In this document: piece by piece, positions 16,744 to 27,465 of the stretch
How the letters are laid out: every line of letters begins with the position of its first letter
Numbering within the stretch: position 1 is the first letter of the stretch
Assembly: GCA_023663285.1 (NCBI GenBank)
Contig: JAMPHT010000002.1
Span: 6,932 to 70,931 of the forward strand
Source: Bacillota bacterium
GTDB lineage: Bacteria; Bacillota; Clostridia; Lachnospirales; Lachnospiraceae
Length of the DNA: 64,000 bases
Direction: 5' to 3'
Position numbers and translations under genes: made by a program
The notes under the pieces: generated by a model
What the model was told of the DNA's origin: nothing
What the model saw: only the letters and a program-made list of their open reading frames with translations
Databases searched by the model: none

Positions 16744-17967
16744 TTATATGACAGTGGGCATGAGCCTGGGCTGATACCCTTCTTTTTCCAGCGCTTCCAT
16801 GATCCTGTCCTTATGCTCCGTTCCAAACGCCTCCATAGTGATGCGAAGCTCCACTGCCGCATTCCGGTTGATGGAGACGAACTGATTATGCTCCAGCTTG
16901 ATAACGTTACCGTCAATACCTGCTATCACCCCGGAGACCCGGCACAGCTCGCCGGGCTTATCAGGAAGCAGTACGGACACCGTAAATATCCTGTCCCGCA
17001 TGATCAGCCCCTGCTGCACCACAGAGGACATGGTAATTACGTCCATATTGCCGCCGCTTAAGATGGAAACCACCTTTTTATCCCTGGCCTCAAGATGCTT
17101 CAGCGCCGCTACCGTCAGCAGGCCCGAATTTTCCACCACCATCTTGTGGTTTTCCACCATATCCAGAAAAGCCACCACCAGTTCTCTGTCCTCTACTGTA
17201 ATAATATCGTCCAAATTTTCTTTAATATACGGGAACAGCTTGCTGCCGGGGGTCTTTACCGCCGTGCCGTCGGCAATGGTGTTCACTGCCGGAAGGGTAG
17301 TCACCTTATCTGCTGCAAGAGACGCCTGCATACAGTTGGCGCCTGCAGGCTCCACACCGATCACCTTGATCTTGGGGTTCAGCAGCTTCGCCAGCACCGA
17401 CACGCCTGTGGCCAGCCCGCCGCCGCCGATGGGGACCAGGATGTAGTCCACCAGGGGAAGCTCCTTCACGATCTCCATGGCAATGGTGCCCTGTCCCGTT
17501 GCCACCGCCAGGTCGTCAAAGGGATGGATAAAGGTGTAGCCATGCTCCTCCGCCAGCTCATATGCCTTTGCACACGCCTCGTCATAGACGTCACCGTGAA
17601 GCACCACCTCCGCGCCGTAGCTCTTGGTGCGGTTCACCTTCATCAGAGGCGTGGTGGTAGGCATCACAATTGTGGCCTTTGCGCCGTAGCACTTTGCCGC
17701 ATAGGCCACTCCCTGGGCATGATTCCCCGCCGATGCGGTGATCAGACCTTTCTCCCGCTCCGCCTGGGAAAGAGTACTCATCTTATAGTATGCCCCGCGC
17801 AGCTTATAGGCGCCCGTAAACTGCATATTTTCCGGTTTCAGGTAAACCTTGTTTCCGGTCTGGGCACTGAGAAAATCGCTGAAAACCAGCTTTGTTTCAA
17901 GGGTCACTTTTCTGACGATCTCCGAAGCCTCCTCAAATTTTTCCAATGTCAGCATTTGTTCTTCCAT
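16744..17967 (-). CDS. ilvA: Threonine ammonia-lyase with C-terminal ACT domain
   Basis: TGAYKLRGA (PLP Lys), SAGNHAQG, GGGGL, SGGN; LPDKPGEL ACT motif. Confidence 0.93.
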   Translation of the reverse strand: MEEQMLTLEKFEEASEIVRKVTLETKLVFSDFLSAQTGNKVYLKPENMQFTGAYKLRGAYYKMSTLSQAEREKGLITASAGNHAQGVAYAAKCYGAKATIVMPTTTPLMKVNRTKSYGAEVVLHGDVYDEACAKAYELAEEHGYTFIHPFDDLAVATGQGTIAMEIVKELPLVDYILVPIGGGGLATGVSVLAKLLNPKIKVIGVEPAGANCMQASLAADKVTTLPAVNTIADGTAVKTPGSKLFPYIKENLDDIITVEDRELVVAFLDMVENHKMVVENSGLLTVAALKHLEARDKKVVSILSGGNMDVITMSSVVQQGLIMRDRIFTVSVLLPDKPGELCRVSGVIAGIDGNVIKLEHNQFVSINRNAAVELRITMEAFGTEHKDRIMEALEKEGYQPRLMPTVI

Positions 17968-17971
17968 ACCA

Positions 17972-18946
17972 TTACACCTCTCCTATCTTTTCTCTGCCCA
18001 CTCCCTCTTCTTCCTCCACATTCACGTCGAACAGAGCGTTTACAAATTCATCCGAATCAAATCTCTGCAGATCCTCAATACTCTCGCCCACACCGATATA
18101 CTTTACGGGAATTTTCAATTCAGACTGGATCGCCACCGCGATCCCGCCCTTTGCCGTCCCGTCCATCTTGGTCAGGATGATACCTGTCAGCTCCGCCACT
18201 TCTCCGAATTCCCTGGCCTGCACCAGCGCATTCTGCCCTGTGGTGCCGTCCAGCACGATCAGGTTCTCTCTGTGGGCGTCTGGAAATTCCCTGTCAATGA
18301 TACGGTTCATCTTGCGCAGCTCTTCCATCAGGTTTTTCTTGTTATGGAGCCTGCCTGCCGTATCGATCAGCAGCACATCCACTCCTCTTGCCTTCGCCGC
18401 CGTCACGGCGTCGAACACCACGCTTGCGGGGTCGGCTCCTTCACCGCCTCCCACCATAGGCACCTCCGCCCGTCTGGCCCATTCCGCCAGCTGGTCTCCC
18501 GCCGCCGCCCGGAAGGTGTCCGCTGCAGCGATCAGCACTTTTCGCCCGTTTTCTTTCAGCTTGCCCGCAAGCTTGCCCACGGAGGTGGTTTTCCCCACGC
18601 CGTTGACCCCGATCACCATGATGACGCTTCTTTCTTTTTCAAAGTCATATGCCTCCGCATCTACCTGCATCTGTTCCCGGATGCTGTCGATCAACAGCTG
18701 CTTGCACTCCCGCGGCTCTTTGATGTGCTTCTCCCTGATCTGGCCCTTCAGCCGTTCCAGGATATCATTAGTGGCGTTGACCCCGATATCTCCCATGATC
18801 AGGATCTCCTCCAGCTCCTCATAAAACTCGTCGTCAATGGCTGAAAATCCGCTGAACACAGAGTCGATTCCCCGGACGATATTATCTCTGGTCTTGGTAA
18901 GTCCCTGCTTCAGCCTGGCAAAAAAACCTTTCTTTTCTTCGCTCAT
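17972..18946 (-). CDS. ftsY: SRP receptor FtsY
   Basis: GVNGVGKTT, DTFRAAA, DTAGRL, TKMDGTAKGG. Confidence 0.98.
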   Translation of the reverse strand: MSEEKKGFFARLKQGLTKTRDNIVRGIDSVFSGFSAIDDEFYEELEEILIMGDIGVNATNDILERLKGQIREKHIKEPRECKQLLIDSIREQMQVDAEAYDFEKERSVIMVIGVNGVGKTTSVGKLAGKLKENGRKVLIAAADTFRAAAGDQLAEWARRAEVPMVGGGEGADPASVVFDAVTAAKARGVDVLLIDTAGRLHNKKNLMEELRKMNRIIDREFPDAHRENLIVLDGTTGQNALVQAREFGEVAELTGIILTKMDGTAKGGIAVAIQSELKIPVKYIGVGESIEDLQRFDSDEFVNALFDVNVEEEEGVGREKIGEV

Positions 18947-18957
18947 ATCCTTTCCTC

Positions 18958-21900
18958 TCAATTCGTCAGATCCTTCTCGATCAAGTTGACGCTTACCAGC
19001 GTGGACACGCCCTTCTCCTGCATGGTAATACCGTAAAGCCGATCTACCTGCTCCATAGTGCCTCTTCTGTGGGTAATGACAATGAACTGGGTGTTCTTTG
19101 TCAGCTTGTGCAGGTATTTTGCAAAACGTCCCACATTGGAATCATCCAGCGCCGCCTCGATCTCGTCCAGCAGACAGAACGGCGAGGGCTTCAGATTCTG
19201 AATGGCAAACAGAAGCGAAATAGCTGTCAACGCCTTTTCACCACCTGACAGCTGCATCATATTTTGCAGCTTCTTTCCAGGCGGCTGTGCAATGATGCGC
19301 ACCCCGGCCTCCAGTATATCCTCATCCTCCATCAGTTCAAGGGTTCCCTTACCGCCGCCGAACAATTCCTTGAACACCTTGTCAAACTCTCTATTGATCT
19401 CGGCAAATTTCTCGGTGAACTGCTTCCGCATGGCGGCGTCCAGCTCCTCGATAATACCTTCCAGGGTCTTTTCCGCCTCCACCAGATCGTCATGCTGGGT
19501 CTGCATAAAGGTAAACCTGTCCATCAGGTTCTTGTAGTCCTCAATAGCATTGACATTTACGTCACCCAGCTTCTTTATCTGCTCTCGCAGGGAAGATATC
19601 TGCTTTTTCATGGCTGACAGGTCTGTCATATTCTCGTCCCGGATAGACGCGGCGTCGCTCAAGGTGATTTCATACTCATCCCACATATAATTGATCTGGG
19701 TCTCCAGATTTTCTTCCAGTCTTTCCTTCTGGGCTGTCAGGCGGTAGACCTCCTTGTCCAGCGCCGACATCTTCTCCGACAGCTCTTCCCTGCTCTGGAA
19801 GAAATTCTTCTGTTTCGCGGACAATTCTTCCTTGTGTGCCATGCTTTCCTTCAGCCTGCCCTCGGATTCGTTCTGGGCGTCATAGGAAGCCTCGATAGTC
19901 TTTTCTATCTCAGTGATACTCTGCTTTTTGCGTTCCGTCTCCAGCCGGTTTTCTTCAAGCGCCTCCATGATCTCGGCAAGCTCCGACCGGGAACGGGCGA
20001 TTTCTTCGTCGATACGGTCCACGTTGGCCTGCTTGAACCCCAGGGTCTGCCGCATCTTCTCCACCTTCATCTCCCATTCGGACACAAGGGCCGCCGCCTC
20101 AGTCTCCGATTTGCGCCAATCCTCCAGCTCCTGCTGAAACCTGACGATCTGCTCCTGGGTATTTTTCTCCAGCTCCTCACTGTCCGCCAGCTCCTGCTGA
20201 ATGGTCTCTTTATCGTTCCGGATCTCGAATATCTTACCCTCGATCTCCTGCTCTTCCAGCTTCAGGGAAGCCTTGGCCTCTACTTCCTCCTCCATGCGCT
20301 CCCTAGCCTGGCTGATGTTCAGCCTTGCGGTATTCTGCTCTATGGATCTCTTCTGAATATCTGTTTTCAGCGTCTCCAGCTCCATGCGAAGCTTGTTCCG
20401 CCTGGACTTGGTATCGTCTATATCCCTGTTTATTGCGTCTACCGCGGCAAGAAGCTTCTTCACGCTCTTTTCCAGCTCGTCGATCTCCCGCCTTCTTCCC
20501 AGAAGATTGCTGTTGTTCTTAAATGCGCCGCCGCTGATTGCGCCGCCGGGCACAAGCAGCTCTCCCTCCAGGGTGACCATGCGGATGCCGTATTCATACT
20601 TTCTGGCGATCTTTACCGCATTGTCAACATTGTCAACCACCACGATACGCCCCAGCATTGCCTTTGCCACGTTCCGGTATCTGTCCTCTATCTGTACCAG
20701 CTCATCCGCCATGCCGATCACGCCCTTTTCCGAGAGAGCGTCCGGGTTCTTGAATTCCTGGGGTCTGGTGACGCTGGTAAGGGGCAGGAATGTGGCGCGG
20801 CCCAGCCTGTTCTCCTTTAAGAATCGAATCATCTTCTTGGCGGTCTCCTCGTCGTCTGTGACGATATTCTGGATGTTGCCGCCCAGAGCCGTCTCGATGG
20901 CAGTCTCATACTTCTTTTCCACCTTGATGATGTCCGCCACAACGCCGATGATGCCAGGATTCTTCTCCTTCTGCTCCATGACCTTTTTCACACTGCCGCC
21001 ATAACCTTCATAGCGCTCGGTCAGATTGGACAGAGCTTCCAGCTTGGACTTTTCCATATGGTAAGCGCTCTGGGTCTCCCGAAGCTTTGCATCCTTCTTG
21101 GACAACGCCTCCCGCATATCCCCCAGGGACAGCTCTACCGCCGCCTCCTGCTCAGTAAGCTCCCTTAAAGCTTCCGTCACCGCCTCAAACTCCGCCTCCA
21201 GCTTTTTCAGGTTTTCCTCCCTTGCCGCCTCGTCGGATCTTGCCCGCAGCAGACGGGAATTCAACTCCGCCTTGCGGATGTTTACCTGCTCCATCATGGT
21301 GTCAAAACGCCCCATTCTGGATTTGATGGTGGCCCTCTGGTTCAGCTCCCCGATGATGGTATTCTTTCCTGCCTCGATTCCATTGTTCAGCTCTGCGATT
21401 CTTTCCTGTATCTCATCCAGCTTGGCTTTCTCCGCTTCCGCCGTAGCTGTGATCTCCTGCACCTGGCTGTCGGTCTCATTTTTCTCCGCCAAGATCCCTT
21501 CCTTGTCCTTTTCCTTGAGACTGATTTCCTCCTCCAGCGTAGTGCGCCGACTTGTCAGATGGGCCTCGCTGCCCATGGCGGAGTTGATCTGCTCCTTCAG
21601 GACATTCATTTCTCCTTCCAGCTTTCCCCGCATCAGTCCCGTATCGGTCAGGGTGCTTCTGGCCTGTTCAATGGTCTCCTCCAGGCTCTCCAGCTCTGCC
21701 TGGACACGCTCATATTCCTCTCTGATACCCTCGTATTTCCCGGTGATCTCAGCAAGTTCGCCGCTGGCAAGCTGATGCTTCTCCTCCACCTGCTGTACCT
21801 GCTCCCTGAGACGCCCGTTCTCCAGCAGGAACACATTCACATCCAGGGTCTTGAGTTCTTCCTTCCTGCGCAGATAGACCTTCGCCGCCTCGGACTGTCT

Positions 21901-22518
21901 TTCCAGGGGCTCCACCTGCTTCTCCAGCTCCGAGAGAATATCGGCGACGCGGACCAGATTCTGCTTTTCATTCTCCAGCTTGGCCTGTGCAGCCGCCTTG
22001 CGGCGCTTGAATTTCACGATCCCCGCCGCCTCGTCAAAAAGCTCCCTTCTCTCCTCCGGCCGGCCGCTTAGGATCTTGTCGATCTGTCCCTGGCCGATGA
22101 TGGAATAGCCTTCCTTGCCGATACCGGTATCGTAGAACAGCTCGTTCACATCCTTCAGCCTGCAGGGGCTGCCGTTGATCAGATACTCACTTTCTCCGGA
22201 ACGGTAAATACGCCTTGCCACCGTGACCTCGTCAAAATCAATGGCAAGCTGATGATCCCCGTTGTCCAGGGTAATGGCAACATAGGCATAGCTTAAAGGC
22301 TTCCTGTTTTCCGTGCCTGAGAAAATAACATCCTGCATACTTGCGCCCCGCAGCTGCTTCACCCGCTGCTCTCCCAGCACCCAGCGGACCGCGTCGGCAA
22401 CATTGCTCTTGCCGCTGCCGTTTGGTCCCACGATGCCCGTGATGCCGTTGTGGAACTGAAACACTATTTTGTTTGCAAAGGATTTAAATCCCTGTACCTC
22501 AATGCTTTTTAAATACAT
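18958..22518 (-). CDS. smc: Chromosome segregation protein SMC
   Basis: GPNGSGKSN, coiled coils, hinge [23 protein letters not shown]. Confidence 0.99.
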   Translation of the reverse strand: MYLKSIEVQGFKSFANKIVFQFHNGITGIVGPNGSGKSNVADAVRWVLGEQRVKQLRGASMQDVIFSGTENRKPLSYAYVAITLDNGDHQLAIDFDEVTVARRIYRSGESEYLINGSPCRLKDVNELFYDTGIGKEGYSIIGQGQIDKILSGRPEERRELFDEAAGIVKFKRRKAAAQAKLENEKQNLVRVADILSELEKQVEPLERQSEAAKVYLRRKEELKTLDVNVFLLENGRLREQVQQVEEKHQLASGELAEITGKYEGIREEYERVQAELESLEETIEQARSTLTDTGLMRGKLEGEMNVLKEQINSAMGSEAHLTSRRTTLEEEISLKEKDKEGILAEKNETDSQVQEITATAEAEKAKLDEIQERIAELNNGIEAGKNTIIGELNQRATIKSRMGRFDTMMEQVNIRKAELNSRLLRARSDEAAREENLKKLEAEFEAVTEALRELTEQEAAVELSLGDMREALSKKDAKLRETQSAYHMEKSKLEALSNLTERYEGYGGSVKKVMEQKEKNPGIIGVVADIIKVEKKYETAIETALGGNIQNIVTDDEETAKKMIRFLKENRLGRATFLPLTSVTRPQEFKNPDALSEKGVIGMADELVQIEDRYRNVAKAMLGRIVVVDNVDNAVKIARKYEYGIRMVTLEGELLVPGGAISGGAFKNNSNLLGRRREIDELEKSVKKLLAAVDAINRDIDDTKSRRNKLRMELETLKTDIQKRSIEQNTARLNISQARERMEEEVEAKASLKLEEQEIEGKIFEIRNDKETIQQELADSEELEKNTQEQIVRFQQELEDWRKSETEAAALVSEWEMKVEKMRQTLGFKQANVDRIDEEIARSRSELAEIMEALEENRLETERKKQSITEIEKTIEASYDAQNESEGRLKESMAHKEELSAKQKNFFQSREELSEKMSALDKEVYRLTAQKERLEENLETQINYMWDEYEITLSDAASIRDENMTDLSAMKKQISSLREQIKKLGDVNVNAIEDYKNLMDRFTFMQTQHDDLVEAEKTLEGIIEELDAAMRKQFTEKFAEINREFDKVFKELFGGGKGTLELMEDEDILEAGVRIIAQPPGKKLQNMMQLSGGEKALTAISLLFAIQNLKPSPFCLLDEIEAALDDSNVGRFAKYLHKLTKNTQFIVITHRRGTMEQVDRLYGITMQEKGVSTLVSVNLIEKDLTN

Positions 22519-23212
22519 ATCCTCTATCCCTCAAAAGCAGCAGCGCTCTGTATGCGGCCTGCTGCTCCGCCGCTTTTTTTGTCCTTCCTTCTCCCTCGCC
22601 CAACGCCTCGTCCTCCATATATACGGAGACTCTGAAGGTCTTATCGTGTTCCGGCCCGCTCTCTTCCAGAAGCTCGTACCGAAACTGTTTCTTAAGCTTT
22701 CCCTGGATCAGCTCCTGCAGATTGCTCTTGCTGTCATAAAAAAGCTGCTTGTCCTCCAGATCCGACAGGATGAACCGATCAATAAACGCTCTCGCCTGCT
22801 CCATACCGCCGTCAAGATAAATGGCTCCCGTGACCGCCTCCATCACGTCGGAAATAATGCTGTCCCGCTCTCTGCCGCCGGTATTTTCCTCCCCCCTGCC
22901 AAGCCGGATAAATTTCCCCAGCTCCAGGTCTCTTGCGCAGAAAGCCAGGGCCGGTTCGCAGACCATGGAAGCCCGAAGCTTGGTCAGCTCTCCCTCCGGC
23001 ATCTCCGGGTACTCATGGAACAGGAATTCACTGGACACCAGCTCCAGCACTGCATCTCCCAGGAATTCCAGCCTCTCATAGTCCCCTGTCCGATTGATCT
23101 TCTGTTCATTTGTAAAGGAGCTGTGGGTCAGCGCCTGCTTCAGCAGCGAAATATTACGAAACCGATACCCTATCCTTTCTTCCAGACTCCTTATGGTGTA
23201 GCCTTCCAGCAT
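22499..23212 (-). CDS. rnc: Ribonuclease III
   Basis: ERLEFLGDAVL; dsRBD KSNLQE..KKAAEQQAA; start ATG 23212. Confidence 0.98.
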   Translation of the reverse strand: MLEGYTIRSLEERIGYRFRNISLLKQALTHSSFTNEQKINRTGDYERLEFLGDAVLELVSSEFLFHEYPEMPEGELTKLRASMVCEPALAFCARDLELGKFIRLGRGEENTGGRERDSIISDVMEAVTGAIYLDGGMEQARAFIDRFILSDLEDKQLFYDSKSNLQELIQGKLKKQFRYELLEESGPEHDKTFRVSVYMEDEALGEGEGRTKKAAEQQAAYRALLLLRDRGYVFKKH

Positions 23213-23399
23213 CTTATATCCCCTTTCGACCAGGCAGGGAGACCTTCCCCCTGTCCACCGCACCGCCGACGCGCGCTTCAAAAAGCATGATTCCTCTGCG
23301 TCAGCTTATGCATAAAAAAGTGCTTCTGCGAAGCACCTATAAGGTAATAAAGAGCAGTGCGCTGACACGTACTGCTCCTGTTGAAATCTTTTTGCCTAA

Positions 23400-23630
23400 T
23401 CAGTTTAAAGCGCCCTTGATCAACTCTACCGCTTCCTCAACAGTCGTAATTTTTTCAGCCTTGTCCGCAGGGATCTCAATGTCAAACTCCTCCTCGATCC
23501 CCATCACGATCTGAAACACATCCAGGGAATCCGCACCGAGATCATCCAGAAAAGTCGTCTCCATGGTAATTTCATCAGGATCCACGTTCAGCACTTCCGC
23601 AATCACTTTTTTCAGCTTTTCAAATTCCAT
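23400..23630 (-). CDS. acpP: Acyl carrier protein
   Basis: DLGADSLD. Confidence 0.98.
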   Translation of the reverse strand: MEFEKLKKVIAEVLNVDPDEITMETTFLDDLGADSLDVFQIVMGIEEEFDIEIPADKAEKITTVEEAVELIKGALN

Positions 23631-23648
23631 ACTGCTTCCTTCTTTCCT

Positions 23649-24659
23649 TTAATCTTCCAGAACGATCTGTTCCTTTATTTTTTCGTTGATATTCTGCTCC
23701 TTGAATGCAATGCACTGCAGGATAGAATGACGAATCTCGATAGCTTTACTGCTCCCATGGGTCTTTACCACCAGACCGTTTAAGCCAAGCAGCGGCGCGC
23801 CGCCGTACTCTTCCGTACTGAACGCCTTCAGCGTCTGCTTCAGCGCCGGCTTCACCAGAAGCGCTCCGATCTTACTGCGAAGGCTGCTCATCATGCCCTC
23901 TTTGATCTTCTTCACCAGCACTCCGCTGACGCCCTCCAGCATCTTCAGCACTATATTTCCCGCAAAGGCTTCACAGACAAGCACGTCCGCCACCCCCGCC
24001 GGTATATCCCTGGCCTCCACATTTCCCACGAAATTGATTTCGGGACAGTTCTGAAGCAGAGGATAGGTCTCCTTTGTCAGAGCGTTGCCCTTCTCCTCCT
24101 CCACACCGATGTTCACCAGGCCAACCTTGGGATTTTTGACTCCCAGGACGCTCTCCATATAAATGCTGCCCATCTTTGCAAACTGCAGCAGCTGGGAAGG
24201 TCTTGCGTCTACGTTTGCGCCGCAGTCCAACAGGAGGCTGACGCCGTTTGCATTGGGAATGATCGGCGCAAGGGGCGGCCTCTCCACTCCCCTGATACGG
24301 CCCACGATCACCTGCCCGCCAACCAGTACCGCGCCGGTACTGCCTGCGGACACAAAAGCGTCGCACTGCCCTTCCTTCACCAGATACATGGCCTTCACAA
24401 TGGACGATTCCTTCTTCCTGCGGATCGCCATGACCGGCGGCTCACCGGTCTCAATGATCTCTTCCGCGTGTACGATCTCCAGCTGCTCTTCATTGTATGT
24501 ATATTTCTTCAGTTCTTCCCTGATGACGGGCTCCCTGCCCACCAGAAACACCTTTACACGCTTATCCTCGTTTATGGCTTCCACTGCGCCCTTGACAATT
24601 TCCAGCGGGGCATTGTCCCCGCCCATTGCGTCCACCGCCACGTTTACCATTTCCGCCAT
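23649..24659 (-). CDS. plsX: Phosphate acyltransferase PlsX
   Basis: VDAMGGDNAP, SAGSTGA, LDCGANVD, KTHGSS. Confidence 0.97.
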   Translation of the reverse strand: MAEMVNVAVDAMGGDNAPLEIVKGAVEAINEDKRVKVFLVGREPVIREELKKYTYNEEQLEIVHAEEIIETGEPPVMAIRRKKESSIVKAMYLVKEGQCDAFVSAGSTGAVLVGGQVIVGRIRGVERPPLAPIIPNANGVSLLLDCGANVDARPSQLLQFAKMGSIYMESVLGVKNPKVGLVNIGVEEEKGNALTKETYPLLQNCPEINFVGNVEARDIPAGVADVLVCEAFAGNIVLKMLEGVSGVLVKKIKEGMMSSLRSKIGALLVKPALKQTLKAFSTEEYGGAPLLGLNGLVVKTHGSSKAIEIRHSILQCIAFKEQNINEKIKEQIVLED

Positions 24660-24700
24660 GGTTATCATCCCCCTCCAAAGAAGAATCCATACCTTATCTA

Positions 24701-24729
24701 ACTATAATAGATAGCTTGGTAAAAAGCAA
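24701..24729 (-). promoter_or_regulatory. Candidate sigmaA promoter of plsX-acpP
   Basis: TTGCTT-17-TATAGT on the minus strand. Confidence 0.55.
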
Positions 24730-24743
24730 GTATAAAATAACAG

Positions 24744-24775
24744 AAAAACAGCCGACGTATTTTTCGCCGACTGTC
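24744..24775 (-). terminator. Intrinsic terminator after rpmF
   Basis: Minus strand ACAGTCGGCG / CGTCGGCTGT stem (G-U pairs) followed by a T run. Confidence 0.65.
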
Positions 24776-24803
24776 CTTTTCATTCACTGGTTTCATGATC
24801 TTA

Positions 24804-24983
24804 TCAATCAACACTTACGACCTGCTTCTTGTTATAAGAACCGCATGCCTTACAAACTCTGTGAGGCATCATCAGAGCGCCGCATTTGCTGCACTTTACC
24901 AGCGTGGGAGCACTCATCTTCCAGTTTGCTCTTCTCTTATCTCTCCTGCTTTTGGAAGATTTATTCTTGGGACAAATAGACAT
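24804..24983 (-). CDS. rpmF: 50S ribosomal protein L32 (59 aa, Zn-ribbon type)
   Basis: Below the ORF-track cutoff; MSICPKNKSSKSRRDKRRANWK..CSKC..PHRVCKACGSY; GGAGG RBS. Confidence 0.97.
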   Translation of the reverse strand: MSICPKNKSSKSRRDKRRANWKMSAPTLVKCSKCGALMMPHRVCKACGSYNKKQVVSVD

Positions 24984-24985
24984 TG

Positions 24986-25510
24986 TTACACCTCCTTATT
25001 CGCGTTAAAAATATCCTGTATTGCAGCCATTCGCGGGTCGGGGATGAACGTATCGCATCCACAGTCCCTCTCGTTACGATTCTGTCCGCACACAGGGCAA
25101 AGCCCCTTGCAGTCCTCCTTACACAGAATCTTTACCGGCCAGTTTCCAATGATCTCATTGTACACAAAAGTCTCTGAATTCAGTTGATAGCCTTCCATGA
25201 AGCTCAAGTCATCTGCAATGTCTTTGCCTTCGGATATCTCCGGGGAAGTCACGACCCTCTCAAACTGAATATCCAACACCGTGGAAACATCCGCCAGACA
25301 TCTGTCACAGCTTGTCGTAAACTTCAGCCTTACGCTTCCCTCCACCTTTGCCTTTCCGGCTTCCATATTGGTAAACGTAAATGACACCGGGGTCTTTTCT
25401 TCCATCTCAAAGCATCCCATCCGGCTCTCGAAGCGGGTCATCTCAACAGGGACTTCCATGCTGACCTGCCTCCCCTCGGATGTGAATACATCGGATAAAT
25501 TCACTAACAT
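24986..25510 (-). CDS. YceD/DUF177 family protein
   Basis: CDRCL; LCKEDCKGLCPVCGQNRN..DPR; upstream of rpmF. Confidence 0.93.
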   Translation of the reverse strand: MLVNLSDVFTSEGRQVSMEVPVEMTRFESRMGCFEMEEKTPVSFTFTNMEAGKAKVEGSVRLKFTTSCDRCLADVSTVLDIQFERVVTSPEISEGKDIADDLSFMEGYQLNSETFVYNEIIGNWPVKILCKEDCKGLCPVCGQNRNERDCGCDTFIPDPRMAAIQDIFNANKEV

Positions 25511-25547
25511 AGCGGCTCCTGTGTATTATAATTTAGGAAACAGTACA

Positions 25548-26036
25548 TTAGTGCGCTTTGTCTTTGCACACTGATTCATTATACATAGGGGCGGCAGATT
25601 TGTCAACAGGATTTTTCACGTATTCCTTCAGTTTTTCATTCATTTTCTTTGCCTCCCTGGCGGAGCGCCGCCAGGAAATACCGTCTACCAGCGCAAAGAT
25701 CACCGCAATGGACGCCAGCATGGCGATCACATTTCTCCAATTCTTCGGATCATACCAGTCAAAGACCACTCCTGCTCCCAGCACGATCATATTGATCAGC
25801 ACATAATGGACTGCCGTTCTAAGCGCAATCTCCAATTTTCCCATGGGCCTGTCCCAGGGATAGATCAGCGACATGAGAGTGAGTACCAGGCTCGTTGCCG
25901 GGATCTGCCACAGGATCACCGCTTGGATCCGCTCTATGGGATTGACAATAGTGGTAAATACCGCCACCGCAATTACTATACTGGATGTGATCATGCAGAA
26001 AACATCCACCAGAAATTTCATTTTTCTCCTGAACAT
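25548..26036 (-). CDS. DUF3021-like membrane protein (LytTR-system membrane inhibitor)
   Basis: Four hydrophobic segments; VHYVLI; C-terminal AKKMNEKL; follows a LytTR gene. Confidence 0.75.
   Translation of the reverse strand: MFRRKMKFLVDVFCMITSSIVIAVAVFTTIVNPIERIQAVILWQIPATSLVLTLMSLIYPWDRPMGKLEIALRTAVHYVLINMIVLGAGVVFDWYDPKNWRNVIAMLASIAVIFALVDGISWRRSAREAKKMNEKLKEYVKNPVDKSAAPMYNESVCKDKAH
25578..25606 (-). promoter_or_regulatory. Consensus sigmaA promoter for yceD-rpmF inside the 3' end of the DUF3021-like gene
   Basis: TTGACA-17-TATAAT. Confidence 0.8.
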
Positions 26037-26047
26037 TTTACACTCTC

Positions 26048-26485
26048 CTAAAGCCCCAGCTTATTTTTCAGAAAAGGCACATACTGTCTGGAAACGATCA
26101 GCCGCTCCCCGTTCTCCATACAGACCTCAAAACGCCCGTTGAAGGCCGGACAGATATTCTTTACCCTTGCCAGGTTGATGATCGTAGATTTGGACGCTCT
26201 GAAAAAATCCGTGTTTTTCAGCTGCTCCTCCAGCTCGTACAGCTTGCTTTTCGTGTCAAATACCTCTTTTTCCATGCAGGCAAACACCTTATTGTCCACC
26301 GCCTCAAAGTAATATACATCCGAGGGCTGTACCTGAAATATTCTCTCCCCCTTGGATACTGTCAGCTTTTCACGCCCTGCCTTCAGAGAATAGATCAGCT
26401 TCAGCAGATGCTCGTCCACCTGTCTGCAGCGGATGATGATCTCCTCCTCTTCCTCCGGAGAGCAGTCCTGTATCGTTATTTTCAT
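26048..26485 (-). CDS. LytTR-family transcriptional regulator (no receiver domain)
   Basis: YYFEAVDNKVF, KLYELEEQL, FFRASKSTIIN, VSRQYV. Confidence 0.93.
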   Translation of the reverse strand: MKITIQDCSPEEEEEIIIRCRQVDEHLLKLIYSLKAGREKLTVSKGERIFQVQPSDVYYFEAVDNKVFACMEKEVFDTKSKLYELEEQLKNTDFFRASKSTIINLARVKNICPAFNGRFEVCMENGERLIVSRQYVPFLKNKLGL

Positions 26486-26542
26486 ATTTCCTCTCATTCC
26501 GCCGCCCAAGCAGCATTTATCAGTGGGAGCTTTTGGGGTGTT

Positions 26543-27457
26543 TCATCGGTCCTTAAGCTTTCTCCTTCTGTTCACAAGCGCTGCGGCGCCTATGGCTATT
26601 ATAGCACAAGCCAGCAAAAAAGCCACCTGCTCCCAAAGCAGGATCTCCCTTTCTCCCCAGAAAAGAGTCACACCCATTTCTTTTCTGAATACGTCTCCCG
26701 CCATATCCGGCAGTCCCGCAAAGGTCTCCTCTATGACCTCCTGCGTACAGACATTCCTTAGCATTGCAGCGCCGTGAAGTATGGGAGTACACTTCAGCAC
26801 ATTCTGCAGCCCCTCCGACAGGGAACCCAGGGACAGGTAGATCCCCCCCAGAAAACCCACCAGCGTCCCGATAATGGTGAGCAGTCCGCTCCAGGCGCTG
26901 TCGCTGTGTACAAACAGAGCAAGCAGATACCCCAATGCAGAGAAGGTAAAGGCGCACAGGGCAATGATGCCCGTCAGCTTCAAAAGCGCCGCTCCGCCAG
27001 GCAGCCCATAACCCCGCGCCATAAAATAGACCTCGCCTGCCGCCAGGGTCAGCACACACATTCCCGTTCCCACCAGCCAGGAGGCGAGAATGTACCCAAG
27101 AGACAGCTTCACTCTGTCCACCGGCGTCACATAAAATGCCATAATGCACTTTTTTGTTTCATCCCGCACCATGATCCCCAGTACTGTCATCGTCACCGTC
27201 ACGGAATTTACCACCAGGATCCCACCAAGGGTCCAGAGTTGTATCAGGTAGGCTGCGTTGCGTTCATCCAGCGCCCGGTCCCGCTCTCCTCCAAACTGTG
27301 CCAGAAGCTCCACCAGCTCGTCGCAGTTCATCTTCCCCAGAAAGACCACCATCAACCCCAGCACGATCAGCATAGACAACACGGAAAAAAAGACTGCCGC
27401 CCTGTCTCTTAAAAAAACCATACAATTTCTTTTCGTCAAATAAAATAATGTACTCAT
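26543..27457 (-). CDS. ABC-2 type exporter permease
   Basis: RN..FLRDRAAVFFS; ~6 TM segments; GFLGGIYL. Confidence 0.9.
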   Translation of the reverse strand: MSTLFYLTKRNCMVFLRDRAAVFFSVLSMLIVLGLMVVFLGKMNCDELVELLAQFGGERDRALDERNAAYLIQLWTLGGILVVNSVTVTMTVLGIMVRDETKKCIMAFYVTPVDRVKLSLGYILASWLVGTGMCVLTLAAGEVYFMARGYGLPGGAALLKLTGIIALCAFTFSALGYLLALFVHSDSAWSGLLTIIGTLVGFLGGIYLSLGSLSEGLQNVLKCTPILHGAAMLRNVCTQEVIEETFAGLPDMAGDVFRKEMGVTLFWGEREILLWEQVAFLLACAIIAIGAAALVNRRRKLKDR

Positions 27458-27465
27458 TTCTCCCC

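Noticed and set aside
17095-23290. Long plus-strand ORFs opposite ilvA, ftsY, smc and rnc (and similar shadows elsewhere)
   Set aside because: They are antisense to clearly conserved genes, carry no motifs, and are expected at this GC content.
23270-23390. Hairpins between acpP and rnc as a named ncRNA
   Set aside because: Two short stems are present (one with a TGAC loop), but they fit a terminator or RNase III leader and I cannot assign a family.
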